Source: a virus
Strand: one strand, 5' to 3'
Length of the DNA: 64,000 bases
IMG/VR virus record: IMGVR_UViG_3300023208_000003
Location: 133,100 to 197,099 of that record
The notes beneath the pieces are model-generated. The model was not told where the DNA came from, ran no database searches, and saw only the letters and a program-made list of their open reading frames with translations. Positions 50,234 through 59,833 of this stretch are shown here, in pieces. The position numbers were made by a program, and so were the translations under genes. How positions within the stretch are numbered: the first letter of the stretch is position 1; each line of letters starts with the position of its first letter.

Positions 50234-50476
50234 ATGGAAATTCAATTCAAAGATTTTTTGAACAAAACAGTTCAAATTATAATGAAGAAAACCAACGCCA
50301 AATATGAAGGGTTTCTTAATGGTATTAGACATGATAAAATACACCTGACCCACTTGGTAATTTATAACTGGGCGGGTGGTCCTATAGTGTCTGGTGGAGT
50401 CAATCAAAATGTAAGATGGTTTAACAAAACTTCAATAGCGTCAATTAAAGAAATTTCAGCTTTTGGCAATGAATAG
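50234..50476 (+). CDS. Hypothetical protein (Sm/LSm-like pattern)
   Basis: KTVQII...YEGFLNGI...IHLT beta pattern. Confidence 0.45.
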   Translation: MEIQFKDFLNKTVQIIMKKTNAKYEGFLNGIRHDKIHLTHLVIYNWAGGPIVSGGVNQNVRWFNKTSIASIKEISAFGNE

Positions 50477-50975
50477 ATTAATCCAAACTTTTAATTCGCT
50501 TAAAGAACGTGGAAGAATAAACTTCCCGGTTAAAGTATGGCTTGATCTTGAAGAAACAGTTATTGATGAATGGGGAAATTATGCCTTATTGTTTCATAGT
50601 TGTGAACTAATTGCTGAATTTTTGAACGAGTTTGGTGTAAATGATATTGGTATTTGGTCATTTGCAATTTATAATGACGCTGATATTGAAAAATTTAAAG
50701 TTGAATTAATGCCGCGACTAGAAACAATATTAAATGTGTCAGTTTCGGATATTATTTCAGTTAGACAAATGATTAAACAAATAGGAGATTTTCAAAAACT
50801 AAGATTTCAGGATGAATGTGATTTTATTTCAGTCTATGGGAAGCAAAAATCATTTATTGATTCATGTATTTTTTCTCAAAAGTGGACTACTTGTGTATTA
50901 ATAGATGATGTAGTTCGCACGAGCTACATTTATGATACCGAGTCAGACGTAGAAATTATCACATTGAGAATTTAA
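50463..50975 (+). CDS. HAD-like protein
   Basis: WLDLEETVID, IWSFA, VLIDD. Confidence 0.55.
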   Translation: MAMNRLIQTFNSLKERGRINFPVKVWLDLEETVIDEWGNYALLFHSCELIAEFLNEFGVNDIGIWSFAIYNDADIEKFKVELMPRLETILNVSVSDIISVRQMIKQIGDFQKLRFQDECDFISVYGKQKSFIDSCIFSQKWTTCVLIDDVVRTSYIYDTESDVEIITLRI

Positions 50976-51124
50976 AAATGAACACAGAAAACAGAGAAAA
51001 TCTGATTATGCTTGAACTGAGCGAATCAGTATGGTCCGCAATGGTAAAATACGTGCGGATTATTGTTCTTTTTCATATATCAAATTTAATAGCACCGATC
51101 GAACACGATTAACAGGAGTAGTAA

Positions 51125-51388
51125 ATGCTGCGCGTCTTTTTGGGATTTTTAATTTTATTTCCATGGCTAATTATTAGCGGGTATTGGTTGTTTGGAAACG
51201 GAAACTTTGATGCGTTCCAATGTAAATTTTCTTTATTTTTTATTTGGCTTTCGCCAATAATAAGTTTCATTATAGCATGTGTAGCTTATTCACTTGGGCG
51301 CACGATTGAAATTATAGAAAATGCTAAAACGCTGCATAGTATTGCGCAAACTGGACTAAAAGTAATGAAAGATAGAATAGTAAAATAA
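51125..51388 (+). CDS. Small membrane protein
   Basis: Two TM segments; SD AGGAG. Confidence 0.6.
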   Translation: MLRVFLGFLILFPWLIISGYWLFGNGNFDAFQCKFSLFFIWLSPIISFIIACVAYSLGRTIEIIENAKTLHSIAQTGLKVMKDRIVK

Positions 51389-51446
51389 GTGTATTTTTGA
51401 TATCTTTTGCTTATAATAATACTATAATTAAATAGTGGAACATTTT

Positions 51447-53351
51447 ATGTCAGCTATAATTCAGCAAATTATTAACAGTCCTGAATCTTTTGAAAAGGAT
51501 GAAATTCTTAGCGCACTCATTCAGCTTGATGAAATTTACTATAACGGTGATGAGCCATTAATCTCAGACGCTGAATATGATGAGCTTCATGCTTTTGCTG
51601 AATCAAGGTGGCCAAATGACGGGTACTTTATGGAAACCGGCAGTATGGTTAGAGGTGTCAAAGTAAAACACCCGAACCCTGTTGGTGGTTTAAATCAAAT
51701 CAATCGTGACGGTCTTAACCGCTGGCTAGCAGGAAAAGACGCAGATTTATACATCTTGTCTGAAAAGCTTGATGGATCATCTGGAACTCTTACCTACGTT
51801 AACGGCAAGCTAAAAGTCGCATTAACGCGGGGTGACGGCGTTTATGGTTCAGATTGCACCCGCCACGCACTTTCAATGCGTTCAATTCCTATTTCGCTAG
51901 GTAGTGGAATTGAATCACCTTCATTCGAAGTTCGTGGCGAATTTATTATCCGTAAATGTGATGAAGAAAAAGTTAAGGAAATTTTGAAGCAGCACAATGG
52001 GCGTGAGTATAAAAATTTGCGCGGTATTGCAAACGGGCTAATCAATGCAAAAGAAATTCCTGATGAAATTTTCCAATATTTGAAATTTGTTGCATATGGG
52101 CTCTCATTACCACAATATGATTACTTTGCGCACCTTAATATGCTTGACAGCTACGGATTTCAAACTCCACGCTGGATGCAGGTAAATTCAATTAACGAAA
52201 CACAGTTGACTAGTGTGCTTGTTGATTGGCGTGATTCTTCAAATTACGAAATAGACGGTATTGTTGTTCAGATCAGTAATGCAAAAAGTCGTGAAAAGCT
52301 TGGTTTGAAAAACAAGCGACCGCAGTATGGTTTTAAGTGGAAGGTTGCTGATGAAAGCAATGAGGCTGTCACCACAGTCATTGGTATTGAATGGAAAGCG
52401 TCTCAATATAGTTACCTAATACCAACAGTCTTGCTTGAACCAGTCGACCTTTGCGGAGCAACCATCAAACGAGCTGCTGGATTCAATGCTGCTTATATCA
52501 AAAATAATGGAGTTGGAGTTGGTGCTAAAGTTCGCATTACCCGCTCTGGAGACGTAATTCCTTACATTCTCAAGGTTGAAGAAGGTGTTGAGCCTTTGAT
52601 GCCTGAAGTTGCATATCATTGGTCAAAAACTGGAATTGATGCAATTGCTGATATCGAAAGTGATGCGTCAAAATTATTGAAGTTAAAGCGGTTTTTTAAC
52701 AAGCTTGAAATTGATCAAGTACAAGATGCAACTCTTTCCGCGCTAGTAGAAAATAAAGTCGATTCACTTGAAGCGATCATAAGTCTATCTCGCAAAGAAT
52801 GGAATGATTTGATTGGGCGCAACGGTGAAAAAGCTTACGATAGCCTTCATGCTAAGCTTCAGGATGTTTATCTTTGGGAATTGATGGGAGCTTACCCATC
52901 ATTTGGTAGAGGATTTGGTGAACGAAGAGCAAAAGTTCTTTGCGAAGCTTTCGGGACTTTAGTGCTTGAAGCCACAGAAGCTGATATCCTCACGCTGAAG
53001 GGGTTTAGTGAAATAACCGCACAAACTTATCTTGATGGTATTGACGAATTCAAAGAATTTTTTGATTGGCTTAATCACGTCAATTTCATAAAGCTGAAAA
53101 CCGCCGTCAAAAAAGTGATTACGACCGGTAAGCTGGTTGGTAAAAGTTTCGTATTTACCGGCTTTAGAAGTGATGAATTAACTGCTCAAATTGAAGCTCT
53201 CGGCGGAATAGTTCAAGACGGTATTAAAAAGGATACCACACACCTCGTAATGAAGGACACGACAAAATCTTCTGGAAAATCAAAGAAGGCTGCTGAACAA
53301 GGAATAATCGTAATTGATCGTGATTCCTTGATTGAAATGTTAATCGTGTAA
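51447..53351 (+). CDS. ligA: NAD-dependent DNA ligase
   Basis: YYNG...ISDAEYD, EKLDG, TRGDG, EVRGE, DGIVV, RSGDVIP, C-terminal BRCT (FVFTG). Confidence 0.95.
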   Translation: MSAIIQQIINSPESFEKDEILSALIQLDEIYYNGDEPLISDAEYDELHAFAESRWPNDGYFMETGSMVRGVKVKHPNPVGGLNQINRDGLNRWLAGKDADLYILSEKLDGSSGTLTYVNGKLKVALTRGDGVYGSDCTRHALSMRSIPISLGSGIESPSFEVRGEFIIRKCDEEKVKEILKQHNGREYKNLRGIANGLINAKEIPDEIFQYLKFVAYGLSLPQYDYFAHLNMLDSYGFQTPRWMQVNSINETQLTSVLVDWRDSSNYEIDGIVVQISNAKSREKLGLKNKRPQYGFKWKVADESNEAVTTVIGIEWKASQYSYLIPTVLLEPVDLCGATIKRAAGFNAAYIKNNGVGVGAKVRITRSGDVIPYILKVEEGVEPLMPEVAYHWSKTGIDAIADIESDASKLLKLKRFFNKLEIDQVQDATLSALVENKVDSLEAIISLSRKEWNDLIGRNGEKAYDSLHAKLQDVYLWELMGAYPSFGRGFGERRAKVLCEAFGTLVLEATEADILTLKGFSEITAQTYLDGIDEFKEFFDWLNHVNFIKLKTAVKKVITTGKLVGKSFVFTGFRSDELTAQIEALGGIVQDGIKKDTTHLVMKDTTKSSGKSKKAAEQGIIVIDRDSLIEMLIV

Positions 53352-53376
53352 TGTCGAAGAACAATAAATAAATTAT

Positions 53377-53571
53377 ATGTGTAACCCAATAGAAGAAACA
53401 AAACTTGAAAAATTAAATATTGCTCTCATAGAATATTTTACATGGCTTGGAACTTTATCTTTTGAAGAAAAACAGAAAAATTTTTTAAAGCTTCATGAAA
53501 TTTTACAACATCGGATTTCAGTATTTGTCCAGCTCAATTCAAGCCCAACTGTTGAAATCTTAAAAGAATAG
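53377..53571 (+). CDS. Hypothetical protein
   Basis: Short ORF. Confidence 0.45.
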   Translation: MCNPIEETKLEKLNIALIEYFTWLGTLSFEEKQKNFLKLHEILQHRISVFVQLNSSPTVEILKE

Positions 53572-53765
53572 TGTAAAAATAAAACTAAATGTGTTATAAT
53601 GTCAGCTATAATTTATCAATTTGGGATTTACTACAGCAAAAAGCAATTAAAATTATTAGAAGCAGAAGCAGCACAGGCAGTAATTGAAAATTCATTTTTT
53701 ACTGTTTTAAAGTTAAAATCGATAATTAAGCAGTCAGTGTTACTTCAACAAAAAAGAATGTCGAG

Positions 53766-54536
53766 ATGATTAAAATTAAATATCTGAGATTAGTTTCTGA
53801 TCTACACCTTGAATTTAAAAATTTCACTGTTCCTCAGTTAGATACTGATAGTGAAACCCTTCTTATCTTAGCTGGTGACATTTATGTCGGTACGCTAGGA
53901 GTCGCCTTTGTACGTGAGCACGCCTCACGGTTTGGTGCTGTTTTTTATGTTTTGGGAAATCACGAATTTTACCGTAATCAAATAGTAGGTCTGGTGGACA
54001 AGATAAAAGAAAAAGTTGCTGATTTACCAAATGTTTTTGTCACTACTAATGGTGAAACTGTAAAATTTGATGGTGTTACAGTAATTGGTACGACACTTTG
54101 GGCCGATGCCAATAAAAATGATCCTGTAACAAAATTTCAATTAAGTCAAAGAATGAATGATTTTTACCTTATAAAAAACATAACACGGACATTCACTCCT
54201 GACGATATGGTAGAGCTGCATAAAAAACAGCTTGAATTCATCAAATCACAGCTTTTTGAAAATAAAGATTCTAAGCAGCCGGTAGTAGTGGTTACACATC
54301 ACTTGCCGTCTAGTTTTAGTACTCCACCAGAGTTTCGAGCAGATTTTCATATGAATGGAGGATATCGATCTGAGCTTAATGAGTTAATTGATCACTATAA
54401 ACCAACTTACTGGCTTCACGGCCACACACATGATTCATGTAATTATGAAATGAGCAACACAAAAGTTGTTTGTAATCCACGAGGGTATAACGATTCAAAT
54501 GCCCTGTTTGATGCTAATTTGCTGTTGGAATTATGA
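53766..54536 (+). CDS. Metallophosphoesterase (calcineurin-like)
   Basis: SDLHLE, AGDI, GNHEF, GTTLW, THHLP, HGHTH. Confidence 0.88.
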   Translation: MIKIKYLRLVSDLHLEFKNFTVPQLDTDSETLLILAGDIYVGTLGVAFVREHASRFGAVFYVLGNHEFYRNQIVGLVDKIKEKVADLPNVFVTTNGETVKFDGVTVIGTTLWADANKNDPVTKFQLSQRMNDFYLIKNITRTFTPDDMVELHKKQLEFIKSQLFENKDSKQPVVVVTHHLPSSFSTPPEFRADFHMNGGYRSELNELIDHYKPTYWLHGHTHDSCNYEMSNTKVVCNPRGYNDSNALFDANLLLEL

Positions 54537-54955
54537 CAGTCATCAGTTTTTCTGATGCTAAACAACGATTACGAGGGGCAAGTTTTAAGTCTCCTCAAAT
54601 GCAGAAGCTGTATGCTGACGCAGTCGATGATGTGCTATGTCTTTGGCAAAGCGCAATTTCCGTTGATAGGCTCAATGAGCTATTTTTAACTGAGATAAAA
54701 TCAAAGTTAAAATTAAACGTGGAAAATTCAATTGAAGACCTAAATTTTTTATCGAGCATAGAAGCTCAATTGGGTATGAAGATTGTAATTTTCTGGCCAG
54801 AAACAACCAATTCAAATAGAGCTGGTTGGATAGCTGGTTTTGAGATAAATGAAGGAGCTTTTGCTACGCCTGAATTTGCCTCGGAAAATTACGCTCGCGC
54901 TTTTAACATTTTATTATTTTTGCATTTAAGTGCAATTATAAAAAGTGTAGCGTGA
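54533..54955 (+). CDS. Hypothetical protein
   Basis: ATGA-coupled ORF. Confidence 0.6.
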   Translation: MTVISFSDAKQRLRGASFKSPQMQKLYADAVDDVLCLWQSAISVDRLNELFLTEIKSKLKLNVENSIEDLNFLSSIEAQLGMKIVIFWPETTNSNRAGWIAGFEINEGAFATPEFASENYARAFNILLFLHLSAIIKSVA

Positions 54956-54988
54956 GGACTTGAAAATAATAAGTATGGAGTATGTTTA

Positions 54989-55249
54989 ATGACAACAGTA
55001 GTACACTCTTTTTATGTTGTGCTTAACGAAGATAATGGTAAATATTTTGCAGGTTATAACGCCGCTGAAGGTAAACCCAATTTCGTGGATGATCCATTGG
55101 TGGCAAAGCCATACAGCAACAAATTTGACATTTTACTTAGACCGAATGAAAAAGTTGTTGAGTTAAAAGTTCAACTTTCAAAGGATAATGTTGAACTTTC
55201 AGCACCTTTTCGGCCGCGTCGCAGAGTAGCTTCCCACGCTGCTAAATAA
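54989..55249 (+). CDS. Hypothetical protein
   Basis: SD GGAG; followed by a terminator. Confidence 0.6.
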   Translation: MTTVVHSFYVVLNEDNGKYFAGYNAAEGKPNFVDDPLVAKPYSNKFDILLRPNEKVVELKVQLSKDNVELSAPFRPRRRVASHAAK

Positions 55250-55253
55250 ACTT

Positions 55254-55283
55254 AGAGAGCCTACCCTAAAAAGTAGGTTCTCT
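55254..55283 (+). terminator. Hairpin terminator
   Basis: AGAGAGCCTAC / GTAGGTTCTCT. Confidence 0.55.
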
Positions 55284-55493
55284 ACATATTTGTATAACAA
55301 CAAGTGGAGCTAATCGTGATCCATACTATCATCGAAGCTGAATCACTGTCCGACCTCGCTGTGTTAGTTAATGACTTTTTAAAATTTTGGAACCCAATAA
55401 TCTATAATTCTGAAGTAGATGAATTTCAAAGATCAAAGAAAAATGGAAAAGATATTTGGGTTGCCTATGTTTCAAGGGAGTGTGATTTAAAAA

Positions 55494-55829
55494 ATGAAAC
55501 TTCAAGATTTATTGCAGACCGACGTAGAGCGCCAAGGCATATTAGAAGAACAAAAATCATACAGGCGAAAAATTGCTAAAAAATTAGGTCTAGGACTTAA
55601 TGAACTCGATGATTTATCAGATAAAGAGATTGAAATTATTCTTAAAAATTTAGGTAAAAATGACTTTAAGCCAGATTCTGATTTTGATCCAAAAGAACTT
55701 GAGCTAGGAATAAAAGTTGAAATGGAACATACTAATTCTGTACTGGTTGCAAAACTCGTGTGTAAAGATCATCTCGTTGAATTACCAAATTATTATAGCA
55801 GATTAGAAAAAATGGAGCATAATAAATGA
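55494..55829 (+). CDS. DUF5661-like protein
   Basis: ELELGIKVEMEHT...A..VCKDHL.E.PNYYSRL. Confidence 0.7.
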   Translation: MKLQDLLQTDVERQGILEEQKSYRRKIAKKLGLGLNELDDLSDKEIEIILKNLGKNDFKPDSDFDPKELELGIKVEMEHTNSVLVAKLVCKDHLVELPNYYSRLEKMEHNK

Positions 55830-56146
55830 TTGATGCAATAATATTTAGAGTTGATGAAACAAGTTTTATGAGTTGGCCAGTTGATATTAATGGTGTACCC
55901 GCGGAAACTGGAAACATGTTTGAACCTGAAAGTCCAGATGATTCATATTTTAATTTAAAATATGACCAAATAGTTTTAGCGTCTCTTTATGAAAACAATG
56001 ATGAACATGGTAGCACTGATCATATGTGGGTTTATATTGCACACGATAATAGCCCGATACGTAGCGTACTTGACATGTCCTTTGATGATTTTAAAGGGCT
56101 AATTCCTGCAATTATCAAAGATTTTAAACAAACTAAACTTCATTAA
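55826..56146 (+). CDS. Hypothetical protein
   Basis: ATGA-coupled ORF. Confidence 0.6.
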   Translation: MIDAIIFRVDETSFMSWPVDINGVPAETGNMFEPESPDDSYFNLKYDQIVLASLYENNDEHGSTDHMWVYIAHDNSPIRSVLDMSFDDFKGLIPAIIKDFKQTKLH

Positions 56147-56337
56147 AAACGGTGGTAACGATGTTTGACCCAGCAACAACGCTTCTTGGTCTAATTCTTT
56201 TAGGTTACGCCATCTATCTTCTTTTATGTGATGAATGGAACGATTAAAAGCAGTCGTTCACACCTTAGAAAATTTTTTAGTGGCTAATGGAGTCATTTCC
56301 ATTTTGGTCATAATTGTTATTGTCGCTTTAATAAAGA

Positions 56338-56550
56338 ATGAGTATAATCAGAATGACAACTGATAGAGAATTTTTAACTTTTATTCATGATCGCCTTTTA
56401 AATGTACATCATGAAAATGAATTACTAGATTATATGCATCGTTTACGTGCTATAATTGCAAAATTACCTGCAGATCGAACAACGTCGATTAATGAAACTA
56501 TACCTTCTGAGAGTCTTCCTCGCAGAAATAGAAATATTTTACTTGGATAA
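56338..56550 (+). CDS. Hypothetical protein
   Basis: Short ORF. Confidence 0.45.
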   Translation: MSIIRMTTDREFLTFIHDRLLNVHHENELLDYMHRLRAIIAKLPADRTTSINETIPSESLPRRNRNILLG

Positions 56551-56630
56551 GAATTTATAGTATTATGTTTTAAAGTAGATTTTTATCGACAGACAATAAA
56601 TAAAAAAACAATAGATTTAAGGTCTGTCAA

Positions 56631-56939
56631 ATGAATAAGTTATTGAAAATAATAACTGTTTTATTAGTGATAGCGTTAACTAGTTGCGCTTTATATCGTG
56701 AACAAACAGGTACATCAAAATTAGCACAGGATCCGCCATTACTTGAGCGAGCAATTGAGGGTTCGATTAAAAACTCTACAGCAAGCATTACTTGTAAACC
56801 AGCTAAAGTAAATAAAAAGGTAGAAAAAGTAAATGAAGCGACTCCTGCTGCTAGAATGGAATTACAGCACGAATTATCGCGTATTCAGCAACAGATAAAT
56901 AATCTTGAAGATGGTGTTGAAAAACTAAAGCAGAATTAA
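56631..56939 (+). CDS. Predicted lipoprotein
   Basis: Signal peptide with lipobox LTSC; coiled-coil C-terminus. Confidence 0.65.
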   Translation: MNKLLKIITVLLVIALTSCALYREQTGTSKLAQDPPLLERAIEGSIKNSTASITCKPAKVNKKVEKVNEATPAARMELQHELSRIQQQINNLEDGVEKLKQN

Positions 56940-57159
56940 TTACTTCAACAGCGCCGATGTGTTAATAACTGTTTCAGGTTTCGGTTATTAAACGACGTGG
57001 TTGTAAGTTAGGAAACCTGATTTTTATTTCATTATATGAAAATATTAGTCAGACATTGGAACGAATATTACACGCAATATCATATTCCAAAATATCAACG
57101 ATGGTTCTGGCGAGTAATTTGTATAATAATTGACAATGTTTTCTTTAGAAGACATTACT

Positions 57160-57430
57160 GATTTTATCGTTGTGTAAACAGGAAGTTTTGAAAGACTGAC
57201 TGAAAGGGGTCGCGGACGCGGGGGCAGAACCCGCCCAGTCCACATAGCTTAAAATAAATTTGGGCTGGACAAAGTTTCGACGTGGTCATTAGTAGGAATG
57301 TTTACAACGGGATAGTCGACTGCCCTAAGCAGCGAAAAACTTATAAATGCAAGCAATGACGCATTTTATGGAGATTATGCTCTCGCAGCATAATCCACCG
57401 GGGCTGTTCAGCCTAGCAACAGAATGAACC
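57160..57430 (+). ncRNA. ssrA: Circularly permuted two-piece tmRNA (outer ends approximate)
   Basis: Acceptor piece: T-arm GCGGG-GGCAGAA-CCCGC then CCAGTCC-A (57218-57242). A 19-nt spacer follows. Coding piece starts GGGCTGG (57262), pairing with a G3.U70 wobble. Tag ORF 57349-57393 = ASNDAFYGDYALAA*. Confidence 0.88.
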
Positions 57431-57431
57431 G

Positions 57432-57461
57432 AATGGGGAAGATTTAATCTTCCCCATTTTT
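57432..57461 (+). terminator. Intrinsic terminator after tmRNA
   Basis: AATGGGGAAGAT-TTA-ATCTTCCCCATT followed by T's. Confidence 0.8.
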
Positions 57462-57499
57462 GTGTGTACATCTCCAATTTTTCTTAGTATAATGCTCAT

Positions 57500-58078
57500 A
57501 TGGATAAATTTAAACTTGAAATCAGTGAGCAGGAAGCCAAGCGTTTCTTAAAACCGGTCTGTCCTTCGCTCGACGAAAAAGATCATAAGCTCGCGCAAGC
57601 TCGTTACGCTTATGAAACAATCTGGGAAATTCTTCATAATTTTACTCTTTACGTTCGTCGCAAAGAAGGATTAAAAGAAGATTCTTATTGGGTTAATCAG
57701 TCTGATGAAAAAATAACTGAATATGCTCTTAACGCTCTCAAGGAAGTTGATGATGCGTGGGATGAAAAAGATGCTGATGAATGGTGGAATGAATTCATCA
57801 ATCTTGAGCATTTCAATGAATACATTAAAGGCGCGCTAACAGAAGAACACTGTGGAGACTGTACAGCAGTTCCAGCAACGTGTTCTCGCTGCTACGCTGA
57901 AACAATGTACAAACTGCCCTACACTGCTTGGTGGAACAAACATTTAGGTCACGCACTTACAGTGACTGCTAACGCAGGATATAGGGAACAACTTAAAAAA
58001 TACAATCCAAAAAAACCCCTACGAAGACGAATTACGCTAGCTGTTAAGGAATTTTGGAGAATACTTATGGAAAAATAA
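57500..58078 (+). CDS. Hypothetical protein with Cys cluster
   Basis: EHCGDCTAVPATCSRC. Confidence 0.7.
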   Translation: MDKFKLEISEQEAKRFLKPVCPSLDEKDHKLAQARYAYETIWEILHNFTLYVRRKEGLKEDSYWVNQSDEKITEYALNALKEVDDAWDEKDADEWWNEFINLEHFNEYIKGALTEEHCGDCTAVPATCSRCYAETMYKLPYTAWWNKHLGHALTVTANAGYREQLKKYNPKKPLRRRITLAVKEFWRILMEK

Positions 58079-58079
58079 A

Positions 58080-58250
58080 ATGTCACGTGCAGCTTTGATA
58101 TTTACACTAGTAATTTTAGCAATTGTTGTTGGTCCAATTTTAATCATTTGGTCACTGAACACTCTTTTCAGTTTAACAATTCCATTTACCCCTCAAACGT
58201 GGGTCGCAACAGCAATTTTAACATCAGTCGTTCGAGCAACTTGTAAATAA
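58080..58250 (+). CDS. Small membrane protein (not in ORF track)
   Basis: 56-codon hydrophobic ORF filling the gap exactly. Confidence 0.55.
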   Translation: MSRAALIFTLVILAIVVGPILIIWSLNTLFSLTIPFTPQTWVATAILTSVVRATCK

Positions 58251-58251
58251 A

Positions 58252-58668
58252 ATGAACAAATTCAAAAGCCGTAAATATCATTTGATTAAGGCAATATATG
58301 AATGGTGTCTCGGTAGTGAGTTAACTCCATATATTGTAGTTGATTTACAAATTAATCCAATTTTAATTCCACCTAAATTAAAAAACGCTGAAGAAGCAAT
58401 TTTTAACTTAGGATTGGCGGCTTGTAAAAATGTTGACATTACGTCAAACTGTGTTCATTTTTCGACACGTTTTCAAGGCGTTCACTTTGATATGCTAATT
58501 CCATTAGAGTCTGTAATTGCGATTTTTCCGCACGAGCTTGGACCAAGAGAAGGAATAACATTTGGCGTTGAAAAAGTTCCTGATGAAGAAATTAGCGTGG
58601 AACCTGAACCACCGGAACCTGAACCACCAAAAGGCAAAAAGCGCGGTCACCTAACAGTCGTCAAATGA
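58252..58668 (+). CDS. sspB: ClpXP adaptor SspB (beta/gamma-proteobacterial type)
   Basis: YHLIKAIYEWC...TPYIVV, FNLG, FSTRFQG, IPLESVIAIF; Pro-rich linker; C-terminal RGHLTVVK ClpX-binding motif. Confidence 0.85.
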   Translation: MNKFKSRKYHLIKAIYEWCLGSELTPYIVVDLQINPILIPPKLKNAEEAIFNLGLAACKNVDITSNCVHFSTRFQGVHFDMLIPLESVIAIFPHELGPREGITFGVEKVPDEEISVEPEPPEPEPPKGKKRGHLTVVK

Positions 58669-59219
58669 ACAGAATAATTATACTTGATATTGACGGTGTT
58701 CTAATTTCAGGTAGAGCTGCTCTGCTTGACTACAATCTTGGAGGTTCAGGAACCTTCAAGTGTTTTGACCCTGTTGCGGTCGCTCTGTTAAATCACGCGC
58801 TTGAATTTACTTACGCTAAGCTTGTAATTGCGTCTTCATGGCGCCATACTTTTTCACGTAATCAATTTATCGATATTTTTAAAATCAACGGTTTAAATCC
58901 AACGATATTGGAAGGTGATCAGTGGAAAACGCCAGTTGCTGAAACGCGTGGCGAAGAAATTAAAAAATGGCTTAAGTTAAATTGCGGCCAATATTCATAT
59001 TTTTGTTACGTAGACGACGCGTTTGTTGAACCTGATATCGTAGAAGAATACGTAGGTTATGTCAAAGTTGATTATAACGCCGGACTTTCTCTAGAAAATT
59101 TCTTTGAAATTATGAAATTTTTAGGGCATTCAAAACAAGAAACTAATCAACTTTTAGTTGAAAAAAGAAAAACACTTTTAAGTAAAGTTCATGAAATCAA
59201 CAGAATGGTACGTAGCTAA
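58665..59219 (+). CDS. HAD phosphatase, RNA-repair (Swiss-army-knife) type
   Basis: IILDIDGVL, LVIASSWR, RGEEIKKWL, YVDD. Confidence 0.8.
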   Translation: MNRIIILDIDGVLISGRAALLDYNLGGSGTFKCFDPVAVALLNHALEFTYAKLVIASSWRHTFSRNQFIDIFKINGLNPTILEGDQWKTPVAETRGEEIKKWLKLNCGQYSYFCYVDDAFVEPDIVEEYVGYVKVDYNAGLSLENFFEIMKFLGHSKQETNQLLVEKRKTLLSKVHEINRMVRS

Positions 59220-59487
59220 AATTAAACCGGCTGGGTTAACGCTTTTCAACGATGCGTTTTATCCTATCCCAGACCCTGAAACTAATGAGCTTTATGTCTA
59301 TATTAAGCCAACGCTCGTGATTAACCAAGATGCCTGTAGAGTCTCTGTAATTAATGGTAAGACAGGCGCTAGAGTTATAAGTGGATCAACAGCAGCAACT
59401 TGTCTTGAAATTGTTAGAGAAGCGACAGCTGATGACATTGAAGTCATAAATAAAAATTTAAGCAAATTGACTGTGAGGCTTTCCTAA
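59191..59487 (+). CDS. Hypothetical protein
   Basis: Overlapping ORF in the operon. Confidence 0.5.
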   Translation: MKSTEWYVAKIKPAGLTLFNDAFYPIPDPETNELYVYIKPTLVINQDACRVSVINGKTGARVISGSTAATCLEIVREATADDIEVINKNLSKLTVRLS

Positions 59488-59488
59488 C

Positions 59489-59794
59489 ATGATAGAAGAA
59501 GAACTTTCTGAGCTACGTGAACATCAAAAATTAAGTTTACTATTGCATGAAGCTATTTCTGAAAGGCATAAAATACGCATTTTTAGAAAAGTATTTTATG
59601 CGTTAGAACAAATAGAAATTGGAAAACAAACAGATTTTAATATTCTAAAAGTTTACAGACAAGCATTTGATGAGCTAAATGAGTTTAAAGCTAATTTAGA
59701 ATTAGAAGAAAATTCATTAGCTGCATATCATTTGATGTTGGCTGTTTCGGCATATGGGCGAGCAAAAAATTTATCTCGTCATTATATTCATTGA
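59489..59794 (+). CDS. Hypothetical protein
   Basis: Coupled ORF. Confidence 0.55.
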   Translation: MIEEELSELREHQKLSLLLHEAISERHKIRIFRKVFYALEQIEIGKQTDFNILKVYRQAFDELNEFKANLELEENSLAAYHLMLAVSAYGRAKNLSRHYIH

Positions 59795-59833
59795 TAAATA
59801 GGAAAGATTTTATAAAAATAGGACAAATTCGCT

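Noticed and set aside
57045-57245. Minus-strand 66-aa ORF
   Set aside because: Antisense to the tmRNA acceptor piece; no coding support.
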